Origin: Candidatus Nomurabacteria bacterium
Lineage (GTDB): Bacteria; Patescibacteriota; Minisyncoccia; Phycocordibacterales; UBA5272
Assembly: GCA_037130925.1 (NCBI GenBank)
Contig: JBAXSC010000001.1
Coordinates: 26,896 to 90,895, forward strand
Direction: 5' to 3'
Length of the DNA: 64,000 bases
Shown here: in pieces, positions 11,601-20,611 of the stretch
Layout of the letters: each line of letters starts with the position of its first letter
Position numbering within the stretch: position 1 is the stretch's first letter
Notes under the pieces: generated by a model
Database searches by the model: none
What the model saw: the letters and a program-made list of their open reading frames with translations, nothing else
Told to the model about the DNA's origin: nothing
Program-made: the position numbers and the translations under genes

Positions 11601-12017
11601 ATGCATTACAGTGATCAACTTATAAAGTACATAAAGAATCAGATAATTTATGGCACACCTGAAGAAGATATTCGTCAGGCCTTACTTGGTGTTGGTTGGA
11701 AAAAAGAAGATGTCGATGGAGCTTTTCAGATAGTTGCTGATCTTATAGATAAAGAAGATCTTGAAAAGATTTCTTCTAAAAAGATAAATTTTGCTATCAT
11801 TTTATCTATGATTCTTTTGTCTTTAATTATAATTACTGGATATATGACTTATTTAAAAGTTACAGATGTGAATATTCTTTATAAAGAAGTTGTAATTAAA
11901 AAAGAAAATCCTGCTCCAGTTAATCCAAATCTTAGTCAGCAGCAATATGTAGAAAGTCTTTATAATAAAATGAATCAGAAAAATAATTCTACTTCCTCTG
12001 TCAAAAAAAGTAATTAA
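11601..12017 (+). CDS. Hypothetical membrane protein
   Basis: Central TM helix. The ATG at 11601 lies 6 nt after a TGTATAAT box, so the TTG at 11586 is unlikely. Confidence 0.5.
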   Translation: MHYSDQLIKYIKNQIIYGTPEEDIRQALLGVGWKKEDVDGAFQIVADLIDKEDLEKISSKKINFAIILSMILLSLIIITGYMTYLKVTDVNILYKEVVIKKENPAPVNPNLSQQQYVESLYNKMNQKNNSTSSVKKSN

Positions 12018-12022
12018 TAAAA

Positions 12023-12553
12023 ATGATACAGGCTTTATTTAATATTTTTAGACAAAAATTTTATAGAAAAATATTTTTTATATTAAATTTAATTTTTTTA
12101 TTTTCGTATTTTTTCTTTACAAATTTTTTCTCAGCAATACAGATTTTTTTTGTGTCGATATTTTCTAAATCAGAGCAAGTGAATATATTTCTGAATTCTT
12201 TTTTTGATACCAGTTTGTTAAAAAGTATAACAATATTGATATTAGTGATATTATTTATTTTTTCTTTATCATTATTGTTTTTATTAGTTTATATTTTATT
12301 TAACGAAACAAAAAAGATTAATAAAAAAAGAAGTCTTTTAGGTTCTGTTGGGATTTTTATTTCAATACTTGGTTTATCTTGTGCGACTTGTGGAATTGGC
12401 CTATTGCCTTTTTTTTTGTCTTTATTTGGATTATCTGGATTAATAGTTTATTTTCCTTTACATGGGCTAGAATTTGGATATATAGGGGTCATTATTTTAA
12501 ATGTGACAAGTTTATTAATCTTAAAAAGGATAAGAAATCCTTTTATTTGTTAA
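12023..12553 (+). CDS. Hypothetical polytopic membrane protein with a CATCG motif
   Basis: 4-5 hydrophobic helices and an intramembrane CxxC. Confidence 0.45.
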   Translation: MIQALFNIFRQKFYRKIFFILNLIFLFSYFFFTNFFSAIQIFFVSIFSKSEQVNIFLNSFFDTSLLKSITILILVILFIFSLSLLFLLVYILFNETKKINKKRSLLGSVGIFISILGLSCATCGIGLLPFFLSLFGLSGLIVYFPLHGLEFGYIGVIILNVTSLLILKRIRNPFIC

Positions 12554-12616
12554 ATTAAAATAATTGCCCTTATTGAGTTTTTGTGATAAAATGTGTTCTA
12601 TCTTTAGAGGATGTTT

Positions 12617-12689
12617 GCGCGAATAGCTCAGCTGGTAGAGCACTCGACTGATACTCGAGCGGTCCTAAGTTCGAATCTTAGTTCGCGCA
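12617..12689 (+). tRNA. tRNA-Ile (anticodon GAU)
   Basis: Manual cloverleaf: acceptor gcgcgaa/ttcgcgc, D arm gctc-agctggta-gagc, anticodon arm ctcga-ctGATac-tcgag, T arm ctaag-ttcgaat-cttag. No encoded CCA. Confidence 0.9.
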
Positions 12690-12768
12690 CAAAATTGTGT
12701 CTATAAAAAAATAAAAACAGGTCAATCTTTCGATTAACCTGTTATTTAAATCTTTTAAGAATAAATTT

Positions 12769-13197
12769 TTAACAAATTTGTGGAATATTCATATTTAAAG
12801 CAATATGATCTTTCCAGAATTTTGTGTACATTTGATGTACTTTGATTACTTCTTGAGATTTATCTTCTATCATCTTTTTAAATGCTGCATCTTTTAATAT
12901 TAAGAATAAATGTATTTTTCCTAACATTATAACTTCGGCAATAAAAACCACTAGAAGATCTCCTGTACTTTCCTCTTCTACTTTGAATAGTTCTTCTAAG
13001 GAATTATGTCCAGGGAATTTATATTCATCATTACCAGACAACCTGAGTCTTTTAGACTCAAAAATCTCAACTGTATTTTTAAGTTTAAAACCATAGTTGT
13101 TTCTGTACTCTTCAGGAGAAAGAGGTTTTTGCATTTCAAGCAATCCGGAAGGATTTGCTTCTATTAGACTTTTAATACTTGCTTTTTGCTTTTCCAT
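12769..13197 (-). CDS. Hypothetical protein (ORFan) behind leader copy h
   Basis: ATG at 13197 (MEKQKASIK). The 15 upstream codons of the tracked ORF overlap the conserved leader hairpin and begin with TTG. Confidence 0.5.
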   Translation of the reverse strand: MEKQKASIKSLIEANPSGLLEMQKPLSPEEYRNNYGFKLKNTVEIFESKRLRLSGNDEYKFPGHNSLEELFKVEEESTGDLLVVFIAEVIMLGKIHLFLILKDAAFKKMIEDKSQEVIKVHQMYTKFWKDHIALNMNIPQIC

Positions 13198-13330
13198 TTT
13201 AAAATTTTTTGATTGTTTGTGAATTTGATTAACTTCTTTCAATTTCTATCAAGAAACTAAGAGAAGCTAATAAATAAAACAATTAAAATACGACTATATA
13301 TAATATATCATACTAAATATTATGTGTCAA
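13198..13330 (-). promoter_or_regulatory. Promoter plus structured leader module, copy h
   Basis: Minus-sense TTGACA - 17 nt - TATATT. Hairpin 13228-13271 has the loop tagtttcttgatagaaattg, identical to copy c. Outer helix attgttt/aaacaat. Confidence 0.6.
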
Positions 13331-13393
13331 TGATTATTCATAAAATCAATTAAGATCAACCTATATATTGTTTCAAACAGTTATTTTTTTAAT

Positions 13394-13654
13394 TTAACTG
13401 TTACTAATTTCTTCAAAGTCAGTCGGTAAAACTTTATTCTTTGGTGCAAATATCCAAAGTGTAATATATAGAAATGCGATAATTGGATGTAGAAAATCTA
13501 TATTATCAAAATTACTAGATATTGCAATAATAATTACTATTATTGCCCGGACTAGCCATGTTGGAGTTTTGGTTTGATATGCCACACCTACACAAACTCC
13601 TCCAATCCAACTTCCTTCTTCGAAACGGCGAAATTTTTTTATTTTTTCAAACAT
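13394..13654 (-). CDS. PspC domain-containing membrane protein
   Basis: FRRFEEGSWIGGVCVGVAYQTKTPTWLVRAIIVI matches the PspC N-terminal domain pattern. Confidence 0.6.
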   Translation of the reverse strand: MFEKIKKFRRFEEGSWIGGVCVGVAYQTKTPTWLVRAIIVIIIAISSNFDNIDFLHPIIAFLYITLWIFAPKNKVLPTDFEEISNS

Positions 13655-13789
13655 TTTTAATAAATTTAATTTGTGAAAAATTCTAATAATAATTTATCAT
13701 ATAAAAGTATATGTGTCAATTGTTTTTTATAAATAAAAAACGGCTATAGATTTTTAGTTTATAACCGTTTTGTTTCAATTCGAACATTT

Positions 13790-14170
13790 TTATTTTCCAA
13801 GCCATAATACCCATTGAGAAGTTTTAGGTTTTTTCTTTTTGTGTAAAATATAATTTTTTTGAGGAGCTATGTCAGCCAGTCTTTTTTTGAAAGCAGCTAC
13901 AGATTCCTCTGGAATTATATAAACATTTAAAGGTTTCCCTTTGTAAAAAATTCTTGTACATTCACTGAACAAGCTATTTCTTGTAAGGTATTCAGCAATG
14001 TTTTGTTGAAGGGTCGGGTCTGTGGCAAATATTGCCCAGTCCTGCTCATAAAAACTTTTTGGAACCGGTGGAGTTGTGTTTCTCCCTCTTCCTGGTAATT
14101 TTTTTAATAATTCTTCAGAAGAAAGATTATTAATTTCTGTAATGTCTTTTTTTAAATTAATTTTACTCAT
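13790..14170 (-). CDS. Hypothetical protein
   Basis: ORF with its own TTGCAT - 16 nt - TAGAAT promoter upstream on the minus strand. No recognised domain. Confidence 0.45.
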   Translation of the reverse strand: MSKINLKKDITEINNLSSEELLKKLPGRGRNTTPPVPKSFYEQDWAIFATDPTLQQNIAEYLTRNSLFSECTRIFYKGKPLNVYIIPEESVAAFKKRLADIAPQKNYILHKKKKPKTSQWVLWLGK

Positions 14171-14256
14171 TGTTTATATATTTATTAGTGAAAAATATTT
14201 TGAAAGGACGAGTTTCTATTCTACAACTTTTTTAGAAAAATGCAAGATACAAAATA

Positions 14257-14327
14257 AACCCTTCCTCCTCCTAACTCTGTTCGGAGGTTTCCTTCCCTAA
14301 AATTTAGGGAAGGATTAAGGATGGGTT
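14257..14327. ncRNA. Candidate structured RNA: GC-rich three-helix junction (strand unresolved)
   Basis: P1 aacccttcct/aggatgggtt (9 of 10 bp). P2 cctcc/ggagg with an 11-nt loop. P3 ccttcccta(a)/(t)tagggaagg. Lies between divergent genes. Confidence 0.35.
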
Positions 14328-14364
14328 CTGGCTTATTTTATGATAAAATTATTTTACTAATTAT

Positions 14365-15525
14365 ATGAAGATTTTTGATTTTGCCAGGAAAATAAAGAAT
14401 GAATTTTTTAAATATGAGAATTCTGTTGAAGTTTTCATTTCAGAAGAAAACCTTTTACATAATTTAAATGAATATAAAAATAAATACAAAGATATTTCTT
14501 TTGCTCCAGTTTTGAAAAGTAATGCATACGGTCACGGTTTACTAGAAGTTGCAGAAATTCTAGATAAAGAAAATCTTCCATTCTTTGTAGTTGATTCACT
14601 TTATGAAGCTCGTCTTTTAAAATTAAATTCTATTAAAAAAGATATTTTAATTATTGGATATACAAGATTAGAAAATATTAAAATTTTTAATTCCTCACAA
14701 TTTATTTTTACTGTTATAAGTTTAGATGAACTTAAAAATCTTTCTAAAAATTTTTCAAAGAAAATTAGAATTCATTTGAAAATAGATACAGGGATGCATA
14801 GACAGGGAATTATGATAAATGAGATAGAGGAGGCTATGGATATTTTAAAAGAAAATAAGAATTTTATTTTAGAAGGGATTTGTTCTCATTTTGCCGATGC
14901 AGATAGTCAAGACAAATCTTTCACAGAATCACAAATAGAAAATTGGAAAAAAGTTGTAGAAAAATTTAAAAATAGTTTTGAAACTATAAAATATCTTCAT
15001 ACTTCTGCGACAGCTGGATCTTTTTATAATCAAAAAGATTTTGGAAATGTTATTCGTCTTGGGATAGGTATCTATGGGGTAAACACTTCTCCTTTTTCAG
15101 ATTTAAATTTAAAGCCAGTCATGAAAATTGAAGCAATAATTTCTTCTGTTAGAAATTTAAAGAAAGGCGAGAGTGTTGGATATGGTCATACTTTGACTTT
15201 AGAAAAAGATTCTAAAGTTGCAACTATTACTATGGGATATTTTGAGGGAGTTGACCGTAGACTTTCAAATCTCGCTCATTTTAAAATTGGAAATAATTTT
15301 TGTAAAGTTTTAGGAAGAGTGAGTATGAATATGTCATCAATAGATGTGACAGATTTAGATATTAAGTTAGAAGATAAGGTTATAATTTTGAGTGAAAAGA
15401 AAGAAGATTTAAATTCTTTAGTAAATTTGGCAAAACTAGCAAATACTATTCCATATGATATATTGGTGCATATAATGCCTCATTTAAAAAGAAAAGTCTT
15501 AAAGAGTTTTAATAATATTAATTAA
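14365..15525 (+). CDS. alr: Alanine racemase
   Basis: PVLKSNAYGHG PLP-lysine motif and typical length. Confidence 0.9.
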   Translation: MKIFDFARKIKNEFFKYENSVEVFISEENLLHNLNEYKNKYKDISFAPVLKSNAYGHGLLEVAEILDKENLPFFVVDSLYEARLLKLNSIKKDILIIGYTRLENIKIFNSSQFIFTVISLDELKNLSKNFSKKIRIHLKIDTGMHRQGIMINEIEEAMDILKENKNFILEGICSHFADADSQDKSFTESQIENWKKVVEKFKNSFETIKYLHTSATAGSFYNQKDFGNVIRLGIGIYGVNTSPFSDLNLKPVMKIEAIISSVRNLKKGESVGYGHTLTLEKDSKVATITMGYFEGVDRRLSNLAHFKIGNNFCKVLGRVSMNMSSIDVTDLDIKLEDKVIILSEKKEDLNSLVNLAKLANTIPYDILVHIMPHLKRKVLKSFNNIN

Positions 15526-15620
15526 CACAAATTAAAACAAAATTATTTTCTCAAGTTTCCTTAACCCATAAATGGGCTCCGACAAAAACTCTCGAAAACA
15601 ATTTTGTTTTAAATAAATTT

Positions 15621-16349
15621 ATGAAAGAAAAAATAGAAGAAAAAGTAAAAGAGAAAATATATTCAACTTTTTATATAGTTGGTACTCCGATTGGAAATTT
15701 AGAAGATATGACTTTTCGTGCTGTTCGAATTTTAAAAGAAGTAGATTTGATTTTATGTGAAGATGTCTCTAATGCACAAAAAATATTAAAGCATTTTGAA
15801 ATTGAAAATAAATGTACAAATTATTTTGCAAATTCTAGATTAAATAAAATAGATGAAATTATTGGAAAATTAAAAGAAGGGAAAAATATTGCTATGATAT
15901 CTGATGCTGGGATGCCAACAATTTCTGATCCGGGAAGTCTTTTGGTAAAAAAGATTTATGAAGCAAAAGAGTCTGATCCTGCTATTGATATTAGAGTTGT
16001 CCCAGGTCCGACAGCTATTACGAGCGCTTTTGCTTTATCAGGTTTAACTGGCAATGAGTTCACTTTTTATGGCTTTTTACCGCATAAAAAGGGTCGTGAG
16101 ACGATTTTTAAGGAAATAATGGATAGTGACAAGGTTTCTGTATTTTACGAGTCTGTACACAGATTTTCTAAATGTTTAGAAAGTTTAGAAAAAACTTTAG
16201 ATGAAAATAGGCTTGTAATAGTCGCTAGAGAATTAACTAAAATTCATGAAGAAACTGTTAGGGGAAATATCAAAGAAGTTAAAGAATATTATCTTCAAAA
16301 TCAAGATAAAATCAGAGGTGAATTTGTGATTTTAGTAGAAGGAAAATAA
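15621..16349 (+). CDS. rsmI: 16S rRNA (cytidine1402-2'-O)-methyltransferase
   Basis: YIVGTPIGNLEDMTFRAVRILKEVDLILCED is typical of the RsmI tetrapyrrole-methylase fold. Confidence 0.85.
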   Translation: MKEKIEEKVKEKIYSTFYIVGTPIGNLEDMTFRAVRILKEVDLILCEDVSNAQKILKHFEIENKCTNYFANSRLNKIDEIIGKLKEGKNIAMISDAGMPTISDPGSLLVKKIYEAKESDPAIDIRVVPGPTAITSAFALSGLTGNEFTFYGFLPHKKGRETIFKEIMDSDKVSVFYESVHRFSKCLESLEKTLDENRLVIVARELTKIHEETVRGNIKEVKEYYLQNQDKIRGEFVILVEGK

Positions 16350-16353
16350 TTTT

Positions 16354-17049
16354 ATGGAACACACAGTTATTCAAATATTTTCTAATCAGTGGTGGATATA
16401 TACATCTATCACATGTTTTTTAATTGTTTTTGCTTTATTAATTTCTAAAAAAATTAAAAAAGATAATCTTGTTAAATATTTTAAATATTTTGGATATTTA
16501 ATTTTAATTCAAATTTTATTTACTCAAATATATTTATTTTATGTACATCAAACTTGGTCATTTGAAAATTCCTTACCACTAAGCTTGTGCAGAGCTTCTA
16601 TTATATTTGCAGCTTTAGCTTTGATAAACAAAAAAATATTTTTTGTAGAATGGTCTGTATATTTAGGAATTTCTGGTGGCATTCAATCTATTTTAACTCC
16701 AGATCTTTCTTTTGGTAATACTTCCTATATTATTTTTGATTATTATTTTGTACATGGATTATTACTTTTTGTGCCTATATTTTTAATATATATCTATAAA
16801 TTTAAACTAGAAAAATTTTCTTCACTTAAAGCTATTTTGTATGGAAATATTATGATGTTGATAGTTTTTCCTTTGAATTATATTTTTAATTCTAATTATA
16901 TGTATTTAAAAATAAAGCCAACAGTAAGTAATCCTTTGCTATTTGGTGGTTGGCCTTGGTATATTTTTGGTTTTGAAATTGTTGGAATTGTATCTATTTT
17001 GATTATGGATTGTGTATTTAGATTAATTCCTAAATATTTAAAATTATAA
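16354..17049 (+). CDS. Integral membrane protein (possibly YwaF/TIGR02206-like)
   Basis: 7 hydrophobic helices and an SLPLSLCR motif. The family assignment is tentative. Confidence 0.4.
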   Translation: MEHTVIQIFSNQWWIYTSITCFLIVFALLISKKIKKDNLVKYFKYFGYLILIQILFTQIYLFYVHQTWSFENSLPLSLCRASIIFAALALINKKIFFVEWSVYLGISGGIQSILTPDLSFGNTSYIIFDYYFVHGLLLFVPIFLIYIYKFKLEKFSSLKAILYGNIMMLIVFPLNYIFNSNYMYLKIKPTVSNPLLFGGWPWYIFGFEIVGIVSILIMDCVFRLIPKYLKL

Positions 17050-17104
17050 AATATAAATGATATAATCATATTCTTAAATATTTAAATATAAATTATAGAA
17101 AATT

Positions 17105-18451
17105 ATGCCTGGATTTAAAATAACCGGTGGAAGAAAATTAAGAGGAAAAGTTAAAACGAATACTTCAAAAAATGGAGCTGTAAATATGATAGTGGCTGCA
17201 CTTTTAAACGATGGCGAAACAATTTTGCATCGTATTCCAAAAATTGAAGAAGTCTTTCGTTATATTGAAGTTGTGAGAAGTATAAATGTTGAAATAGATT
17301 GGGTAGATGAAAAAACAAAAGAGAAAGATGAAAATGGTACGAGTCTCAGAATTAAAATTAAAAAAGGTGGAATTAATGTAAAGAATTTAGATATCAAAAC
17401 AGCGAATATGATTCGCAGTTTCACTTTTGTTGGAGCTTTGATTCACGCACAAAAAAGTTTTTCTTGGCCTCATTCTGGTGGATGTAAAATGGGAGAGAGA
17501 ACTGTCGCTTCTCATAAATACGGATTAGAATATTTTGGTGTTGATATAAAGACGAAAGAAAATTCTTATGAAATTAAATCAAAATCTCTTCATCCTGCAG
17601 AGCTTATTCCTATGTATGAATCGAGTGATACAGGAGCTATTACCCTTCTCGTTGCTGCTAGTAAAATAAAAGGCGAGTCTGTTATTAAATTTGCCCCACC
17701 AAATTATCAAGTTCAAGATGTTTGTTTCTTATTAGAAAAATTCGGAGTAAATATTGAAGGTATAGGAACAAGTACTTTAAAAGTTCAAGGTTTAGAAAAA
17801 ATAAATTTATATGTAGAGCATTATAATTCTGAAGATCCTATTGACGCTATGTTTTTTATTTCTTCTGCGATTGTTACAAATTCAACTTTAACTATCACAA
17901 ATGCACCGATAGACTTCTTAGAGTTGGAGCTTGAAAAATTAAAACGTATGGGAGTTAAATTTGAATTAGGAAAAAAATATTTGAGTGATAATGGAAAGGC
18001 AAAATTAGTTGATATTAAAATTTTAGCAAGAAAAGAAGACGAGAAATTAATTGCTCCTCATGACAAGATTCATACAGGCGCATTCCCGGCAATAAATAAT
18101 GACAATCTTCCGTTCTTTGTGCCTATAGCCACACTTGCGGAAGGTATTACTCTTATTCATGATTGGACGTGGGAAAATAGAGCTATCTATTTTACAGAAT
18201 TAAATAGACTTGGCGGAGATCTTCGTCTGGCGGATCCACACAGAGTGTATGTGAATGGTGTTAAAGAATTAAAAGGTGCAGAAGTTGTTTGTCCTCCAGC
18301 TCTTCGTCCTGCGGCTATAATTTTAGTCGCTATGCTTTCTGCGAAAGGTGTTTCTATTTTGAGAAATGTCTATTCTATAAAGCGTGGATATGAAGGTATA
18401 GCAGAAAGGCTTAATAAAATAGGAGCAAAAGTAGAGGTTTTAAAAGACTAA
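17105..18451 (+). CDS. murA: UDP-N-acetylglucosamine 1-carboxyvinyltransferase
   Basis: FKITGGRKLRGKVKTNTSKNGAV, active-site loop SGGCKMGERTV, EPSP-synthase fold length. Confidence 0.9.
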   Translation: MPGFKITGGRKLRGKVKTNTSKNGAVNMIVAALLNDGETILHRIPKIEEVFRYIEVVRSINVEIDWVDEKTKEKDENGTSLRIKIKKGGINVKNLDIKTANMIRSFTFVGALIHAQKSFSWPHSGGCKMGERTVASHKYGLEYFGVDIKTKENSYEIKSKSLHPAELIPMYESSDTGAITLLVAASKIKGESVIKFAPPNYQVQDVCFLLEKFGVNIEGIGTSTLKVQGLEKINLYVEHYNSEDPIDAMFFISSAIVTNSTLTITNAPIDFLELELEKLKRMGVKFELGKKYLSDNGKAKLVDIKILARKEDEKLIAPHDKIHTGAFPAINNDNLPFFVPIATLAEGITLIHDWTWENRAIYFTELNRLGGDLRLADPHRVYVNGVKELKGAEVVCPPALRPAAIILVAMLSAKGVSILRNVYSIKRGYEGIAERLNKIGAKVEVLKD

Positions 18452-18488
18452 TAATTTTGTTATAATGTCTGTATTATAAAAATAAAAT

Positions 18489-18668
18489 ATGACTAAAAAA
18501 TTTTTCCAGAGATCAATTTTGACTTTAATTATTTTGCTTACAATGTTTATTCATGTACCAAGTATTTTTAAGGACACTTTAATTATTCTCTTTGTTTTAT
18601 TTTTATTTTTATCAACATTTGATATTTATCCAAAAAAGAAGAACAGAAGTGAGACTATTGTTGGATAG
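18489..18668 (+). CDS. Possible small membrane protein (59 aa)
   Basis: ATG ORF below the track cutoff with two hydrophobic segments. Weak support. Confidence 0.3.
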   Translation: MTKKFFQRSILTLIILLTMFIHVPSIFKDTLIILFVLFLFLSTFDIYPKKKNRSETIVG

Positions 18669-18738
18669 TTTTTCACTTTGCATTCTATAATATTTTTTGC
18701 TATAATTATACTCATCAATTTGATTGATAATAGAATAT

Positions 18739-18790
18739 TCCGTATTAGCTCAGCGGTAAAAAGAATATAGACAGTTGGCTCAGCCAATAT
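18739..18790 (+). pseudogene. Degenerate duplicate of the 5' half of tRNA-Asn
   Basis: tccgtattagctcagcggta and cagttggct match the tRNA-Asn 5' half, interrupted by aaaagaatataga. No T arm. The 5-nt upstream flank aatat is also duplicated. Confidence 0.45.
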
Positions 18791-18835
18791 AAATATAGAT
18801 CTTTTTAAAAATGAGTTAGTTTTTAAACAAAATAT

Positions 18836-18910
18836 TCCGTGGTAGCTCAGCGGTAGAGCAGTTGGCTGTTAACCAATTGGTCGTAGGTTCGATCCCTACC
18901 CACGGAGCCA
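18836..18910 (+). tRNA. tRNA-Asn (anticodon GUU), CCA encoded
   Basis: Acceptor tccgtgg/ccacgga, anticodon arm gttgg-ctGTTaa-ccaat, T arm gtagg-ttcgatc-cctac, then gcca. Confidence 0.9.
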
Positions 18911-18994
18911 AATAATAGAAAAATCAGTCTCAAAAGGACTGATTTTTCTATTTGAAAATTTAGATAATTTTTGGTATATAATTTAATTATATAT

Positions 18995-19702
18995 ATGGAA
19001 TTTGGAAAATTTAATTTAAGTTTGAATAAAAAAGAAAAAGTTTATGATTATAAATATTTTACTAATAAAGAAAATAGAAAAAATATTTATGAGTTTGGTA
19101 AAGGCGTTACAGAATATTTACATAAAGAAAAAATAACAAATTTAATTCTTTTAGATAGATCGCCTAGACCTTTATGGGTTGCTGTAGATGAATATTGGAA
19201 AACTAATTATAAAGAAGAAAAAAGACCTGATATTTATTTTATTAATCCAGATGCTTTTAATAATCTAAATTCTTCTGGAATGGAAAGTTTTTTTAAAAAA
19301 CTTATTTACAGTTTGTCTGATACAAGTGAAAATGAAGAGCTTAATGAAGAATTTGATTCTATTTACAAAAAACTAGGAAATGAAAAAGATAAACCTTTAG
19401 CTATTTTTGATAATTGTATTCATTCTGGAGACACAATAGAGCCTGTTATAGATTTTTTAAAAGATTATGGTTTTAAAGATATTAGAATATTAATAGGAGA
19501 TACTTCTGCTAATTTTTCTTCTGTCAATATAGATAAATACTGTACTGACAATGCTATAGGTCTTTGTAGTGTATTTGGTAAAGATTTTGGTATTTATAAA
19601 GACAATGAAATTCTTTCTAAATATTATCCAACAGCAAATCGTGATAGGGTTGTACAGTCTCGTAAAGAAGTTAGACAGATAATTAGAGATAAGGGTAGAT
19701 AA
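18995..19702 (+). CDS. Phosphoribosyltransferase-like protein
   Basis: LAIFDNCIHSGDTIEP resembles the type I PRTase PRPP-binding loop. The rest is unrecognised. Confidence 0.45.
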   Translation: MEFGKFNLSLNKKEKVYDYKYFTNKENRKNIYEFGKGVTEYLHKEKITNLILLDRSPRPLWVAVDEYWKTNYKEEKRPDIYFINPDAFNNLNSSGMESFFKKLIYSLSDTSENEELNEEFDSIYKKLGNEKDKPLAIFDNCIHSGDTIEPVIDFLKDYGFKDIRILIGDTSANFSSVNIDKYCTDNAIGLCSVFGKDFGIYKDNEILSKYYPTANRDRVVQSRKEVRQIIRDKGR

Positions 19703-19711
19703 AATTATATA

Positions 19712-19859
19712 TTGACAAATACTTATTATTGTGATAGACTATATTTAGTTGTGTTTTGACGTATTTAAATTGAAAGGATTTAGGAAATCATTTTGTTTTT
19801 CAGTATTGGAAAATAAAATGATTTCCTTAATCTATTATTTAATTTAAAATGTTTTTAAA
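19712..19859 (+). promoter_or_regulatory. Promoter plus structured leader module, divergent copy a
   Basis: TTGACA - 17 nt - TAGACT. 12-bp hairpin ggaaatcatttt/aaaatgatttcc at 19783-19826. Outer helix tttaaatt/aatttaaa. Confidence 0.45.
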
Positions 19860-20441
19860 ATGAAAAGTTTATTTGTCAGTTTATTTTGTATTTTTTCTTT
19901 ATTTTCCTGTAAAACGAAAATTGTTTTACCTGAGAATTTTAGCGATTCAGTAAAAGTTGTTAAGATAGTTAATCATTTAGATAGTCTTACTCTTGTAAGT
20001 CATTTAAATATTGATATGGGGTATTGGTACCACTCTCAGAGGATAATATATATTAATGACTTAAGTTTTTTAGAAATGTCACTGATTCAATCAGATAATA
20101 ATTACCATATAGGTGATAATTTTTCCTGGGGGTTTACAGTAAGTCGTATATGGGTTTACCAAGGTAAATGTTATATAACTACATTTGCTGACGGAGACAA
20201 GAACGGAATACCAGATTGTATTATTGAAAATGAATATGTTAATTTCAAATACAAACCTAATAAAAATTTGTTGGATTATTTTAATACTTATGACAGTATT
20301 AAAGAAGTAATGCCTGTGATTAAATTTAAAGATTTGTCTACAGGTAAACAAAAAACTTATCAGTATGAGTATTCTGAAATCTTAGAAACAATTAAAGAAA
20401 AGCAAGATTCTATTAAAAAAGCAAAGTGGCAAAAAGATTAG
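19860..20441 (+). CDS. Putative lipoprotein (ORFan)
   Basis: MKSLFVSLFCIFSLFSC signal peptide with lipobox. Confidence 0.55.
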   Translation: MKSLFVSLFCIFSLFSCKTKIVLPENFSDSVKVVKIVNHLDSLTLVSHLNIDMGYWYHSQRIIYINDLSFLEMSLIQSDNNYHIGDNFSWGFTVSRIWVYQGKCYITTFADGDKNGIPDCIIENEYVNFKYKPNKNLLDYFNTYDSIKEVMPVIKFKDLSTGKQKTYQYEYSEILETIKEKQDSIKKAKWQKD

Positions 20442-20460
20442 CTTTTTTAAAATGTTTGGA

Positions 20461-20499
20461 AGTCCGGTCTAATTTTTGACCGGACTTTTTATTTTTTTT
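20461..20499 (+). terminator. Intrinsic terminator
   Basis: agtccggtc/gaccggact stem followed by a T run. Confidence 0.7.
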
Positions 20500-20611
20500 A
20501 TACATAGTGATATAGGGTGTGGGGTATATTATCCTTTCATTATTTCTATTCCTTTTTTATTATTCTAAAATAGATAGTAAAGTAAAATTTTAAGTGCTAT
20601 ACTCCAACCGT

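Noticed and set aside
20455-20470. GGAAGTCCGG resembling the RNase P RNA conserved GGAAAGUCCGG
   Set aside because: It is the 5' arm of a simple 9-bp terminator hairpin followed by a T run. No other RNase P elements flank it.
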